Positions 50,401-63,684 of a stretch of DNA of 64,000 bases are shown one piece after another. Source of the stretch: Leucoraja erinacea (taxonomy: Eukaryota). The notes below the pieces were generated by a model. That model was not told the DNA's origin and made no database searches. It saw only the letters and a program-made list of their open reading frames with translations. The DNA lies in NCBI RefSeq assembly GCF_028641065.1, contig NC_073378.1:23870001-23934000 (forward strand), given 5' to 3'. How positions within the stretch are numbered: the stretch's first letter is position 1; the number at the start of each line of letters is the position of its first letter. The position numbers and the translations under genes are program-made.

Positions 50401-51504
50401 TAGACAATAGGTGCAGGAGCAGGCCATTCAGTCCTTCGAGCCAGCACCGCCATTCATGGCTGATCATCCACAATCGGTACTCCGTTCCTGCCTTCTCCCC
50501 ATATCCCCTGACTCCGCTATCTTTAAGAGCTCTATTTAGCTCTCTCTTGAAAGTACCCAGAGAACCAGCCTCCACCGCCCTCTGAGGCAGAGAATTCCAC
50601 AGACTCACAACTTTCTGTGAGAAAAAGTTGTTTCCTCATCTCCGGTCTAAATGGCTTACCACTAATTCTTAAACACTTGTGGACAACACTCCCACCGTGT
50701 GGTGATCCACCACACTGCAGGCCCGTCTGATATGTGAACAAAGTACTGGTTTGACCTGTACTCCAATCCACAGCAGACAAATTGTCTGCAATAACTGGGT
50801 TCACACCCTCAGGCCCCTTCAGCATTGCAATTCTATTGTCCCTAGATCTGTTCCACCTCCTTATTCCACACTGTGCTTCAATCATTCATAATTATCACTG
50901 ATCAACATTGTACCACAGATAGACACAATGCTGGAGTAACTCAGCGGGTCAGGCAGCATCTGTGGGGAACATGGATAGCTGACATTTCACAGAGTGCTGG
51001 AGTAACTCAGCAGATCAGGCAGCATCTGTGGAGGAAAATATCTGATATTTTGGGTAAGAACCCTTCTGTTCCATCCCAAAATCTCTTGTTTGTCCTGAGA
51101 TGCTGCCTAGCCTAGAGTCACTCCAGCAATGTGTCTATCTTTGGTAAAAACCAACATCTGCAGTTCCTTGTTCCTACATTTTACATCAGCCAGATTCAAT
51201 TTCAGTTGTGTTAAGGTTAGAGCATCACCGTTTTAATAAAGATACCGACACTGTGCCCTCTGGTCTAAGACTCTCCTTTTTAGTTCTGAGATACAGCACA
51301 ATTCCAGTTGCACCAGAAAAAAATAATCATTAAAAACCCTGGACACTTCAAATGACAACAAATGAGGGAAAAGTCAGCACAAATAATCAAAGAAGCAAAC
51401 ACAATTCAGGAGAAAGCTGTAGTGTTCTCACCGACCTCCTGCCCTGGAGATGTAGCTCCACATCGGACACAAGGGCAGACTCCCTGTCTCTACCCTGAGC
51501 CCTG

Positions 51505-52135
51505 TGTAGTTTGGACCGGGACTCGTCCAATCTTACTACGTTCGGCACCCACTTCAGCCGTTACAAATTCCTGAGAATGCAAACCCTCCCACTACCACTG
51601 GCTGCTCCACTATCAGAGGCGGTGTCTCCCGCAGCCTCCCCGCGATGTTTAGTGCCTAGCTCGCCTATTTCACCACCTCCACCCGGCGTGTCCCCGGTCA
51701 CATCCCCGGTGAAAGGAGGAGATGCGGACTCGTACCGTACACGTGCCGGATGGTCAGCAGGCCACCCATTAGATACGATGATTTTGTGTAACTATCTATA
51801 CTGGCCCATATGCGTTATTAACATTCCGGCTACTGTATTGTTTAGGCCACCATGTTCACACGTATCTATGCTTCATTTTGTTTCTACAAGGAAAGATGTG
51901 GATTGGTTATTTCCTACTAACCAATTGTATGTGCATGTTAGTAGTTGCTCCACCTAATATGCGATTTATATCAAAGATCCGCTATAGAATATTTGATTTA
52001 TATTACCAAACGCTTCCCTACCTAATTCAGTCTGAGGAGCTGCTGGTTACTGTAATGTCCTGCAGACCAATGCTGTAAGTGGACTTTAATAAACACGTGT
52101 TGTATCTTGATATGTGTTTGACTCGACTCATTACA
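51505..52135 (+). mobile_element. Heavily deleted Gypsy element with 3' LTR (51897-52135) and 5-bp TSD CCCTG
   Basis: ccctg|TGTAG...RT remnant DRDSSNLTTFGTHFSRYKFLRM...PPT aaggaaaga|TGTGG...TTACA|ccctg. Confidence 0.75.
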
Positions 52136-52739
52136 CCCTGATTACAAGGGTAGACTCCCTGACTCTACCCTGAACCCTGGGGGGAGAGAGAGAGGGGGGG
52201 GGGGTGGGAGATAGAGGGGGGGGAGAGGGGGAGAGAGGGAGGAGAGGGGGGAGAGAGGGAGAGAAAAGGGGAGGTGACAGAGACCGTTCCTCAGCCTCCA
52301 TCACCCTGCTGTCCCATGTGTGGGTGAGGTAGTCTCTCTGTGTGTGGGTGGGGGTGATCTCTCTGTGTGTGGGTTGGGGTGATCTCTGTGTGTGGGTTGG
52401 GGTGAGGGGTGAAGTGTCTCCAGGTGGGGGTGAGGGGTGGACTCTCTCTCTGTTTATAACGTGCGATGCCACCTGTTGCCTGACTTCCCGTTTCTGAAGT
52501 TAACGGTCTAGTTTGTGGTGACGTTGAGGTTGGGGCAGATTGTTGTTTTGGCTCCAGGTGTCTCATCTCTGTCTCCGCCACAAACCGTACTGTCTCTGTC
52601 TCCCCCACACTGCCCAATGTCTCCCCCACCGTCCCATCTCTCTCTCCCCCATAAACTGTCCGATCCCTAACCCACACACTGCCCAATCCCCTCCTGTAAC
52701 TTGGCAAAGTTAGGGATGAACAGAAGATAGACACAGAGT

Positions 52740-53010
52740 CTCAGCGGGTCAGGCAGCATCTGTGGAGTACATGGATAGGTGACATTTCACAGAGTGCTGG
52801 AGTAACTCAGCGGGTCAGGCAGCATCTGTGGAGAATATGGATAGGCGATGTTTCACAGAGTGCTGGAGTAACTCAGCGGGTCAGGCAGCATCTGTGGAGA
52901 ACGTGGATAGGCGATGTTTCATAGAGTGCTGGAGTAACTCAGCGGGACGGGCAGCATCTCTGGAGAGAAGGCGTTGGCGACGTTTCAAGTCGAGACCCTC
53001 CTTCAGACTG
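52740..53010. repeat. Tandem 60-bp units of the Penelope-derived terminal repeat
   Basis: acagagtgctggagtaactcagcgggtcaggcagcatctgtggagaatatggataggcgatgtttc, 4 copies; 3 copies at the paralog 26290-26505. Confidence 0.85.
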
Positions 53011-55404
53011 AGAGTCAGAGGGGAGAGGGAAACGAGAGATACAGACGGTGATGTCGAGTTTAGTTAGGGTTAGCAAGGAGAGATAGGTCAGTCATGATTG
53101 AATGGCGGAGTAGACTTGATGGGCCGAATGACCTAATTCTGCTCCTGTCACTAAAGACCTTTAGTTTAGTTTAGAGATACAGGGTGGAAACAGGCCCTTC
53201 GACTCACCAAGTCCGTGCCGACCAGCAATCCCTGCACACTAACACTATCCCACACACACTAGGGACAATTTACAATTTTACCGAAGCCAATTAACCTACA
53301 AATCCGCACGTCTTTGGAATGTGGGAGGAAACCAGAGCACCCGGAGAAAACCCACGCAGGTCACGGGGAGAGCGTGGAAACTCCGTACAGACAGCACCCA
53401 TGGTCAGGATGGAACCCGGGTCTCCGACGCTGTGAGGCAGCAACTCTACCGCTGCACCACCGTGCTGGCCTTCATGCATCATTGTCCATGCAGCGTTCTG
53501 CAGCGATACATTACTCCCTACAAGAATGCAAGACTCCCTCTGTTACCACACAATCTCTTTATTCAGCAATGACTTGTCACAGTTATATCGCTCCACAGAT
53601 TAAAACATCTTTACCAGCTGGGAACTATTCATAAAAGCATGAGTATCATCGTTCCACACCAACCTCATCTCCAATATCATGTTCAGTTCTGGTCAGCATA
53701 TGACATGAAGGATGAGGGCAGGGGGAGAGAAGGAGAACACAATACTACAAGTGTGGTCTCATCAACGTCTTATACAACTGCAACATGACCTCCCAAACCA
53801 GTATTGAGTATAGAAGTTGGGTGGTCACCTTGCAGTTGTACAAGACGTCGGTGAGACCGCATTCATTGTATTGTGTTCAGTTCTGGTAACCGTGTTACAG
53901 AAAGGATGTTGTCGAGCTGGAAATAGCGCAGAGAAGATTTACGACTATTTCTTACCAGGGCTAGAGGGTGTGAGCTATAGGGAGAGTTGGGGCAGGCTGG
54001 GACTCTATTCCTTGGAGCACAGGAGAATGAGGGGTGATCTTATAGAGGTGTACAAATTCACGAGAGGAATAGGGCAGGTAGACGCACAGTCTCTTGCCCG
54101 GAGCAGGCGATTCGAGAACCAGAGGAAATAGGTTTAAAGTGAGGGGGGAATGATTGAATAGGAACCTGAGGGGCACCTTTTCCACACAGAGGGTGATGGG
54201 TGTAAGGAACGAGCTGCTGGAGGAGGTAGTTGAGGCAGTGACTATCACACTTTGACAGGTACATGGATAGGACAGGTTTGGAGAGATATGGGCCAAACGC
54301 GGGTAGCAGGTGGGACTAGTGTAGATGGGGCATGTTGGTCGGTATGAGCAATATGGGCCGAAGGGCCTGTTTCCACACTGTGTGACAATTCACCAATTAG
54401 TTTAGTTTAGAGATACAGCACGGAAACAGTCCCTTCGGCCCACTGTGTCCATGCCGACCGGCGATCCCCGCACACTAACACTATCCTGCACACACTACAG
54501 ACCATTTACAATTTATACCAAAGCCAATTAACCTACAAACTCGCACGTCTTTGGAGTGTGGAAGGAAACTCCGGAGAAAACCCACGCAGGTCACAGGGAG
54601 AACGTGCAAACTCTGTACAGACAGCGCCCGTAGTCAGGATGAGGCAGCAACGCTACCGCTGTGCCACTGTGGCCGCCCCTAAGCTCCTGCCTGTTTCTGC
54701 AACTGCAAGTTTGTGTAGGTGTCAGTCAATGCGAGATTGCTGCACGCAATTCCTGCATGGTTTCCCGCTGTCCTTCAACCATTGCAACGTTGCGATGTGT
54801 CGCTGCAGATGGCCTCCTGCAGATCACAGGCAGTCGTGCATGCATCCATTTGCCTCTCGTCGCATTATTCCACCATTGCTGCGACTTTACTGCTGTGTCC
54901 ATGCGAGTAAAACTGCGACATCTGTCCCATGCATTCTCCACAATAAACTCCAGCTGCACGCAAACTATAAACTTGCAACTGTGCAGCATAGAAACAGGCC
55001 TTTGTACAAGCTCACCAATGCCTCTACTTCCCGAGACCATGGAAGTTAAACATGTCCCCTACAACTCCCACCAACTTCTACCGATGGAAATCAGTTTATC
55101 GGGATACATCCCAGCACGGTTTGGGAACAGCTCCGTCCAAGACCCGCAAGAAATCGCAGAGTTGTGGACACAGCCCAGACCGTCACGCACACAAACCAAC
55201 CTCCCTTCCACTGACTCCATCTACACCTCACACTGCCTCGGCAAGGCCAGCAGCATCATCAAGGACCAGTCTCACCCCGTCACCCCCTCTTCTCCCCCAC
55301 TCCCATCAGGCAAGAGGTAAATGTGAAAACGCACACCTCCACATTCAGGGACAGTTTCTTCCCGGCTGTTATCAGAGATGGGGAGAGGGGTGTAGGGGAG
55401 GGGG

Positions 55405-56037
55405 TCACAGGGCTGTAAGGTCGTCCCCTCCCACATCGCTCCATTAGACCGTCCCAGAGAGGGGGGGGAGGTCACCTCTCGTGCAACTGACACTTGAGGG
55501 AGAGACGGAGACTCCATCCTCTCCAATCGCCAGCCCCTCCCTCGCCCTCAGGTCCAGCCCCCCCAGACTCGAGTAATCGCTGAGCAAGTCTCCCCTTCCC
55601 TCTTCTCCCTCCTCATCTCCATCTCCCTCCTCTTCATCCTCCCCCCCTCCTCTGCCTCCTCTTCCTCCCACTCCCACTCTCATCCCTCAGCCTGGTCCCT
55701 CTGTCTCCCCTCCCCCTCAGGAACCCCCTCGCTCCACGGCACCACCCCCCTCCACTCCCCCTCCTCCCCCTCCCCCTCCGAGGGTCTTGAGTTGAGTCCA
55801 AGCTCCGGCCAAGATAGCCGCCAAGGTCAGGAAGACCAAGAGGAGCAGCAGTGGGGTCATGATGCAGTCGCCGACCCCTGACCTCACGGCGGCCATCTTC
55901 TCCTGGGGTCCTACTCCATCTTTGTCTGGGGACGCGACCCCCCGGTGGCCGGGGTCAGAGGGCGGGGCCTGGATTAGGCCGAAGCCTGAGGTCAGAACGA
56001 GGAAGATGAGCGGCCACGAGACTCGGACAAACGACAT
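55405..56037 (-). pseudogene. PTPRCAP: PTPRCAP-like copy B (several indels and a premature TAA)
   Basis: Paralog of 28784-29402; stops at 55717 and 55444 (LSGTV*), indels in G-rich tracts; acceptor at 56048 and first-exon donor at 56706 conserved. Confidence 0.7.
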
Positions 56038-58796
56038 CCTCCGCAACCTGTGGGGAGAGCAGGGTCAGTGGAGGGTCAACACGGGGTCAATAAGGGTCAT
56101 CAGGGGTCTACAGGGGTCACTAGGGGTGAACAAGGGTCAATGGTGGTCAACAGCGGTCATTGAGGATCAATGGCGATGAACGGTGACTGCAGNNNNNNNN
56201 NNNNNNNNNNNNNNNNNNNNNNNNNNNNNNNNNNNNNNNNNNNNNNNNNNNNNNNNNNNNNNNNNNNNNNNNNNNNNNNNNNNNNNNNNNNNNNNNNNNN
56301 NNNNNNNNNNNNNNNNNNNNNNNNNNNNNNNNNNNNNNNNNNNNNNNNNNNNNNNNNNNNNNNNNNNNNNNNNNNNNNNNNNNNNNNNNNNNNNNNNNNN
56401 NNNNNNNNNNNNNNNNNNNNNNNNNNNNNNNNNNNNNNNNNNNNNNNNNNNNNNNNNNNNNNNNNNNNNNNNNNNNNNNNNNNGTAGGAGGGGGGAGGAG
56501 GAGGGTAGAGGAGGGAGGGAGGGCAGGATATATGAGGAGGGAGGGAGGGAGGGGGAGGGAGGGAGGGAGGGAGGGAGAGAGGGAGGGAGGGAGGAGAGAG
56601 AGAGGGGGAGCAAGGGAGGGGGGGGAGAAGGGAGGGAGAGAAGAGGGAGTGAGGGTGGTGAAAAGGAGGGGGGAGAGAGAGGAGGGAGAGTTATTCCCAC
56701 ACTCACCCTCGTTCTCTCCGTCTCTCTCTGTCTCGTAGCCGGGTGCAGATGGAGATGTAATGAAACGTCCGGGGACAGAGAGTAACCCCACCCCTCACAC
56801 TTCCTGTCCCTCCCCCTCCCTCTCTCTCTCCCCCTCTCTCCATGGACCACAAACCACTCAAGACGTGCAAAAGTGAACGACAATGCAGGGGGGGAGACTG
56901 TGTGTGTGTGTGTGTGTGTGGTGTGTGTGTGTGTGTGTGCTTGTGTGGTGTGCACACACTACCCACACACTCACCCCAGACACATACGCACCACATGCAC
57001 TCCACAAACGCACACACAAACCCCACACACACGCACTCCACACACACCCCACAGCCCACACACACCCCGCAACACACACGCAGACACCCCACAACACACA
57101 CCCAACACACACGCAGACACCCCACGCACACACCACACACGCATACACACCCCACCCACACATCGCCACACACCCCTCACACCCCACACATACACACACC
57201 CCACACATACACCCCACACACACACCACACACATACACCCATGCACACGCACACCCCACACACCCCACACATACACCCCACACACACACACCACACACAT
57301 ACACCCATGCACACGCACACCCCCACACATACCCCCCACACACAAACACACGCCACGCACACATACACCCCACTCACATACACCACAGATAAATCCCACA
57401 CACGCACACAACACACACGCAGACACCTACACACTCACTCAGACATGTACACAAAAGTACACGCACATACATGTACACACACACGTACACACACGCACCA
57501 CACCCCCCACACGTTGACACACAAACACACACGTACACACACACACACACACACGTACACACACACACACATACACACGTACATACACACACACAGACAC
57601 GTACACACACACACACACGTACACTCGCACACCCACGTAGACAGGCGCACACACATGCACACACACTCAGACACACCCCCCACACACACACCCCATACAC
57701 ACCTCACAGGCACAGACACACACACCACAGGCACACACCTCACACAAACACCCCACACACGCACAGCCCACTCACACACCCCCATACACACCCCAAACAT
57801 GCACACACACCCACATATAGCCCACACTCCCCACACATCACACGTACATACACACACACATACAGCCCACACACCCCACGCACAAATACAGCCCACACAC
57901 ACCCCACAGCCACGCACACCACACACAGACACCACACCCCCCCACGCACAAATACAGCCCACACACACACCACACACACACACAGAGGGACACTGTACAA
58001 AGAGGTGGTGAGATGGACAGCTCCAGGAAAATGGACGGGTGATGAGAGGAACGATGTTTCATTTCAGATTAAAACCCCGTGACTAGTGTGTACGGACCCA
58101 GTGGTCCATTTCTCCATCTCACCAGCTTCTACACAAGCTCACCAACGTCTCTACGTCCGTAGAAGGTTTAGGAAGTTCAACATGTCCCCAATGACTCTCT
58201 GCACCTTCTACAGATGCGCTGTGGAAATCATTTTATCGGGATGCATCCCAGCAGTTTGGGAAAAGCTCCGTCCAAGACCTACGAGAAATCGCAGAGTTGT
58301 GGACGCAGCCCAGACCATCACGCACACAAACCAACCTCCCTTCCATTGACTCCATCTACACCTCACGCTGCCTCGGCAAGGCCAACAGCATAATTAAGGA
58401 CCAGTCTCACCCAGTCACTCCCTCTTCTCCCCTCTCCCATCGGGCAAGAGGTATAGAAGTGTGAAAACGCACACCTCCACATTCAGGGACAATTTATTTC
58501 TGGCTGTTATCAGGCAACTGAACTGGCCTCTCACCATCTAGAGAGCGGTCCTGATCTCGCATCTACCTCATTGGAGACCCTCGCACTATCTTTAATCGGA
58601 CTTTACCTTGTACAAAACGTTATTCCATTTATACTGTATCTGTATTCTGTGGACGGCTCGATTGTAATCATGTACAGTCTTTCCGCCGACTGGATAGCAC
58701 GCAATAAAAAAGCTTTTCACTGTACCTCGGTACACAGAACAATAAACTAAACTAAACTCTCCCTCTCTCTCAAAGCAAGCTCAATGCTAGCATTTA

Positions 58797-61523
58797 CAGT
58801 GGCTTGCAAAAGTTTTCATACCCCTTGAACTTTTCCACATTTTGCCTATTCTTCTTTGCAAAATAGCTCAAGCTCAGTCAGATTGGATGGAGAGCGTCTG
58901 TGAACAGCAATTTTCAAGTCTTGCCAGAGATTCTCAATTGGATTTAGGTCTGGACTTTGACTGGGCCATTCTAACACATGAATATGCTTTGATCTAAACC
59001 ATTCCATTGTAGCTCTGGCTGTATGTTTAGGGTCGTTGTCCTGCTGGAAGGTGAACCTCCGCCCTAGTCTCAAGTCTTTTGCAGACTCTAACAGGTTTTC
59101 TTCCAAGATAGCCCAGTATTTGGCTCCATCCATCTTCCCATCAACTCTGACCAGCTTCCCTGTCCCTGCTGAAGAAAAGCATCCCCACAGCATGATGCTG
59201 CCACCACCATGTTTCACAGTGGGGATGGTGTGTTCAGGGTGATGTGCAGTGTTAGTTTTCCGCCACACATAGCGTTTTGCATTTAGGCCAAAAACTTCAA
59301 TTTTGGTCTCATCTGACCAGAGCACCTTCCTCCACATGTTTGCTGTGTCCCCCACATGGCTTGTGGCAAACTGCAAACGGGACTTCTTATGGCTTTTTTT
59401 TTCAACAATGGCTTTCTTCAGAATCAGAATCAGAATGCTTTATTGTCATTGCATGTGTCACATACGAGATTACTGTGTCTCTCCATTTAAAAGAACTTCA
59501 AACATTCACATACTCATACTTTTTTCACTCCCTCCCTCCCCAAACCCACCCATGGATTCACATTTACATAAATTAACACTGTCTCCCACTCCCCCCTCCT
59601 TCCCCATAACCCGCTCCCGAGACAGAGTTCAGTTCCAAGATTGCTGATGGGTAAAAGCTGTTCTTGAGTCTGGCAGTGCGTGACTTTAGCGACCTGTACC
59701 TTTTTCCTGAGGGCAGCAGTGTGAAAAGGTGGTGACAAGGATGTGTAATGTCTTTCACGATATTACAGGTCCTGCTGCGGCATCTGGAGTGGTAAATGCC
59801 CTCCAGAGGGGGCAGGGGGAGTCCAATGATACCCTGGGCAGTTTTTATCACCCTCTGGAGAGCTGCTCTGTCAGCTGCTGAACAGTTCCCAAACCAGGCA
59901 GTTATGCAGTAAGTCAGTATGCTTTCTACCGAACAGCGGTAGAAAGACTCCAGCAGTTTAGCAGACAGATGGGCCCTCCTCAGTGTTCTGAGGAAGTAAA
60001 GTCTCTGTTGCGCCTTTTTTACTACAGCAGAGTTCAGACCATTTAAGATCCTCACTGATGTTGATCCCCAGAAATTTAAAACTAGGCACCCTCTCCACCT
60101 CCTCGCCCCCTATCTCCAGTGGCCTGAGCTCCACTCTATGTCGCCTGAAATTAGTGATGATCTCCTTTGTCTTTTTAGTGTTCAGAGAGATTGTTGTGAG
60201 CACACCACTCAGAAAGTCTGTGCAACTTCTCTCTATAGACGACCTCGTTCCCATCTGAGATGAGCCCCACCACGGTTGTATCGTCCGCAAATTTTATGAT
60301 CCTATTTGCGGGGTGATGGGGCAAGCAGTCGTGTGTGTATAGGGCGTAGAGGAGCGGACTGAGCACACAGCCCTGCGGTGCTCCTGTGCTGAGGGTCAGG
60401 GATGTCGAGGTGTAGGGTCCAAGTCTCACCGTCTGTGGACGTTCACTGAGAAAGTCCAATATCCACCGACACAGTTGACTGCTGAGGCCAAGGTCTAGTA
60501 TTTTTGTGATCAGCTTGCTGGGTATGGTTGTATTAAAAGCTGAGCTGTAATCAACAAAAAGCATCCTGACATATGACCCCTTCTCCTCTAGGTGTTGTAG
60601 TGCAGCAGTGTTTATGGCATCCTCTGTAGATCTATTAGCCCTATATGCATACTTGTGTGGGTCGAGTGAGGGGTGGGGGGAGAGATAATTTAATGTGACC
60701 TAGGACCAGCCTTTCAAAGCACTTGGAGACTACAGATGTAAGAGCAACGGGCCTGTATTCATTGAGGGAGTTGATGATTGTCTGCTTGGCACCGGGATGA
60801 TAGTGGTGGTTCTTCTTGACACTCTTCCATAAAGGCCCGATTTGAGGAGTGCACGACTAATAGCTGTCCTGTGGACAGATTCTCTCACCTGAGCTGTGGA
60901 TCTCTGGAGCTCCTCCAGAGTTACCATGGGCCTCTTGGCTGCTTCTCTGATCAATGCTCTCCTTGCCCGGCCTGTCAGTTTAGGTGGACGGCCATGCCTT
61001 GGTAGGTTTGCAGTTGTGCCATACACTTTGCATTTTTGGATGATGGATTGAATAGTGCTCCGTGAGATGTTCAAAGCTTGGGATATTTTTTTATAACCTA
61101 ACCCTGCTTTAAACGTCTCCACAACTTTATCCCTGACCTGCCTGGTGTGTTCCTTGGGCTTCATGATGCTGTTTGTTCACTAATGTTCTCTAACAAACCT
61201 CTGAGGCCTTCACAGAACAGCTGTATTTATACTGAGATTAGATTATACACGAGTGGACTCTATTTACTAATTAGGTGACTTCTGAAGGCAATTGGTTGCA
61301 CTGGATTTTATTTAGGGGTATCAGAGTAAAGGGGGCTGAATACTTTTGCACGCCACACTTTTCAGATTTTTATTTGTAAAAAAATGTGAAAACCATGTAT
61401 TATTTTCCTTCCACTTCACAATTATGCGCCACTGTGTGTTGGTCTATCACATAAAATCCCAATAAAATACATTTACAAAATGTGGAAAAGTTCAAGGGGT
61501 ATGAATACTTTTGCAAGCCACTG
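58797..61523 (-). mobile_element. Tc1/mariner DD34E transposon of the Passport/Eagle/Glan family (interrupted, 3' portion deleted)
   Basis: TIRs of about 50 bp CAGTGGCTTGCAAAAGT.TTCATACCCCTTGAACTTTTCCACATTTTG, TA TSDs; transposase MKPKEHTRQVRDKVV..GRPPKL..WSDETKIE..FQQDNDPKH..SPDLNPIENLW. Confidence 0.95.
59420..60809 (-). mobile_element. 5'-truncated Rex1/Babar LINE inserted in the Tc1 transposase
   Basis: [41 protein letters not shown]; (ATTCTG)n tail; TTCTTC duplicated at 59414-59419 and 60810-60815. Confidence 0.92.
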
Positions 61524-61871
61524 TATATCAAGAGGGCTTGTATACAAACACAGGGATGTAATCCTGAGGCTCTATAAGGCGCTGGTCAGGCCGCATTTGG
61601 ATATTGTGAGCAGTTGAGGGGGAGGGAGAGAGGGGAGGGGAGAGAGAGGGAAGAGAGAGGGAAAAAGAGGGAGGAGAGAGAGGGAGGGATATGGCAGAGA
61701 AAGATGGAGGGAGTGGGGAGAGAGGGAGGGAGAGAGAGGCAGGGGAGGGAGAGAGAGAGAGGTTGAGAGAGATACACAGAGACAGAGAAACAACTCGATG
61801 TGAGCAGGGACAGGATGTGGTCAGTACAGGTTAGAGGGTGAGAGAGATTTTGTGTGAATCTTTGCAACTGC

Positions 61872-61905
<34 letters not shown>

Positions 61906-62491
61906 GGGGAGAGAGAGAGGGGGGGAAAGAGAGGGAGGAGAGAGGNNNNNNNNNNNNNNNNNNNNNNNNNNNNNNNNNNNNNNNNNNNNNNNNNNNNNNN
62001 NNNNNNNNNNNNNNNNNNNNNNNNNNNNNNNNNNNNNNNNNNNNNNNNNNNNNNNNNNNNNNNNNNNNNNNNNNNNNNNNNNNNNNNNNNNNNNNNNNNN
62101 NNNNNNNNNNNNNNNNNNNNNNNNNNNNNNNNNNNNNNNGTGTGGAGTTTCTTCCCAGCTGTTATCAGGCAACTGAACCATCCTCTCACCAACTAGAGCG
62201 GTTCTGACCTCCCATTTACGAAACTGAACAGAACTGAATGAGTCACAGTCACCCAGCACGGAAACAGGCCCTTCAGCCCAACTTGCCCACTCCGCCCAAC
62301 ATGCCCCATCTACACAAGTCACAGAAACAGGCCCTTCAGCCCAACTTGCCCACACCGGCCAACTACACTAGTCACCCAGCACAGAAACAGCCCCATCAGC
62401 CCAACTTGCAACTCTGGTGAGAAGGAATGGGTGTCGAGACTGAAGAGTGTCTCGACCCGAAACGTTACCCATTCCATCCAACATTTTGTGT

Positions 62492-63684
62492 CTACCTAAA
62501 CAGCACCGATCTACCCACGTCGCAATGTGCCAGCAGGCTGGAGGAGCGGGCAAAGGCCTTGCCACAGAGCGGGCAGGTGAAGGGGTTCTGGCTGGTGTGG
62601 ACTTGCCGGTGCTCCAGCAGGTGGTCAAGGTGGGTGAAGCCCTTATCACAGGACGGGCAGGGGAAGGGACTCTCACCGCTGTGGGTACGTCGGTGCTGCG
62701 ATAGCCTTGCCACACTCAGCACACACTAAGGGTCTCTATCCGGTGTGTATCCGCTGGTTCCCCCGCAGCCTCCGTGCACTCTTGAAACGCTTGCCGCAAT
62801 GGGAGGAGTCGCTCGCCTTCGTGATTCTGCTGGTGCTGCTGCAACTCACGCGAGCTGTCGAATGCCTCCCCGCAGTACGGGCAGTTGTAGGGCTGGCCAC
62901 TGGTGTGCATGTGCTGGTGAGACAGAGCGTGGGAGGCCGTGGCAAAGCGCTCTTCACACACAGGGCTGGGGACCGGACGGTCGCCGGCGTGCACCTGCTG
63001 GTGGGACAGCAGATAGGTGGAGCGAGTGAAGCCCTTGCCGCACTGGGCGCAGATGAAGGGGCGCTTGCCAGTGTGGATGTACTGGTGCCTCAGCAGGTTG
63101 CTGTAGAAGGTGAAGCCCTTGCCGCAGTGGGCGCAGATGAAGAGGTGCTTGCCGGTGTGGATGCTCTGGTGCCTCAGCAAGTTGCTGGAGAGGGTGAAGC
63201 CCTTGCCGCACTGGGCGCAGATGTAGGGCCGCTCCCCGGTGTGGGTGCGCTGATGCAACAGCAGGTGGCAGGAGCGAGTAAAGCATTTGCCGCACTGGGC
63301 GCAGATGTAGGGGCGCTCGCCGGTGTGGGTGCGCTGGTGCCTCAGCAGGTGGCTGGAGCAAGTGAAGCCCTTGCCGCACTGGGCGCAGGTGAAGGGGCGC
63401 TCGTCAGTGTGGGTGCGCTGGTGCCTCAGCATGTTGCTGGAGAGGGTGAAGCCCTTGCCACAGTGGCTGCAGGTGTAGGGCCGCTCCCCGGTATGCACCC
63501 GCCTGTGCACCTTCAGGTCCTTGGACGACTTGAACCTTTTGCTGCAGTCGGAGCAGGTGAAGGGGCGTTCTCCCGTGTGAACCCGCCGGTGGATCTCCAG
63601 CTGGCTTGGGCTCTGCCAGGCCTTGCCACACACGTCGCACTCATAACGCTTCTCCTTGTTGTGCCCTGTCATGTGGTGGTCCAT
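62492..63684 (-). CDS. KRAB-less multi-C2H2 zinc-finger gene, copy B (8 intact fingers, distal part frameshifted)
   Basis: 322-aa ORF MDHHMTGHNKEKRYECDVCGK... with TGERPY linkers; distal fingers in ORF 62492..62722; acceptor at about 63810. Confidence 0.88.

Noticed and set aside
56842-58082. Long His/Thr- and Cys/Val-rich ORFs (also 29525-30406 and 34971-35676)
   Set aside because: Artefacts of degenerate (CA)n repeats lacking stop codons
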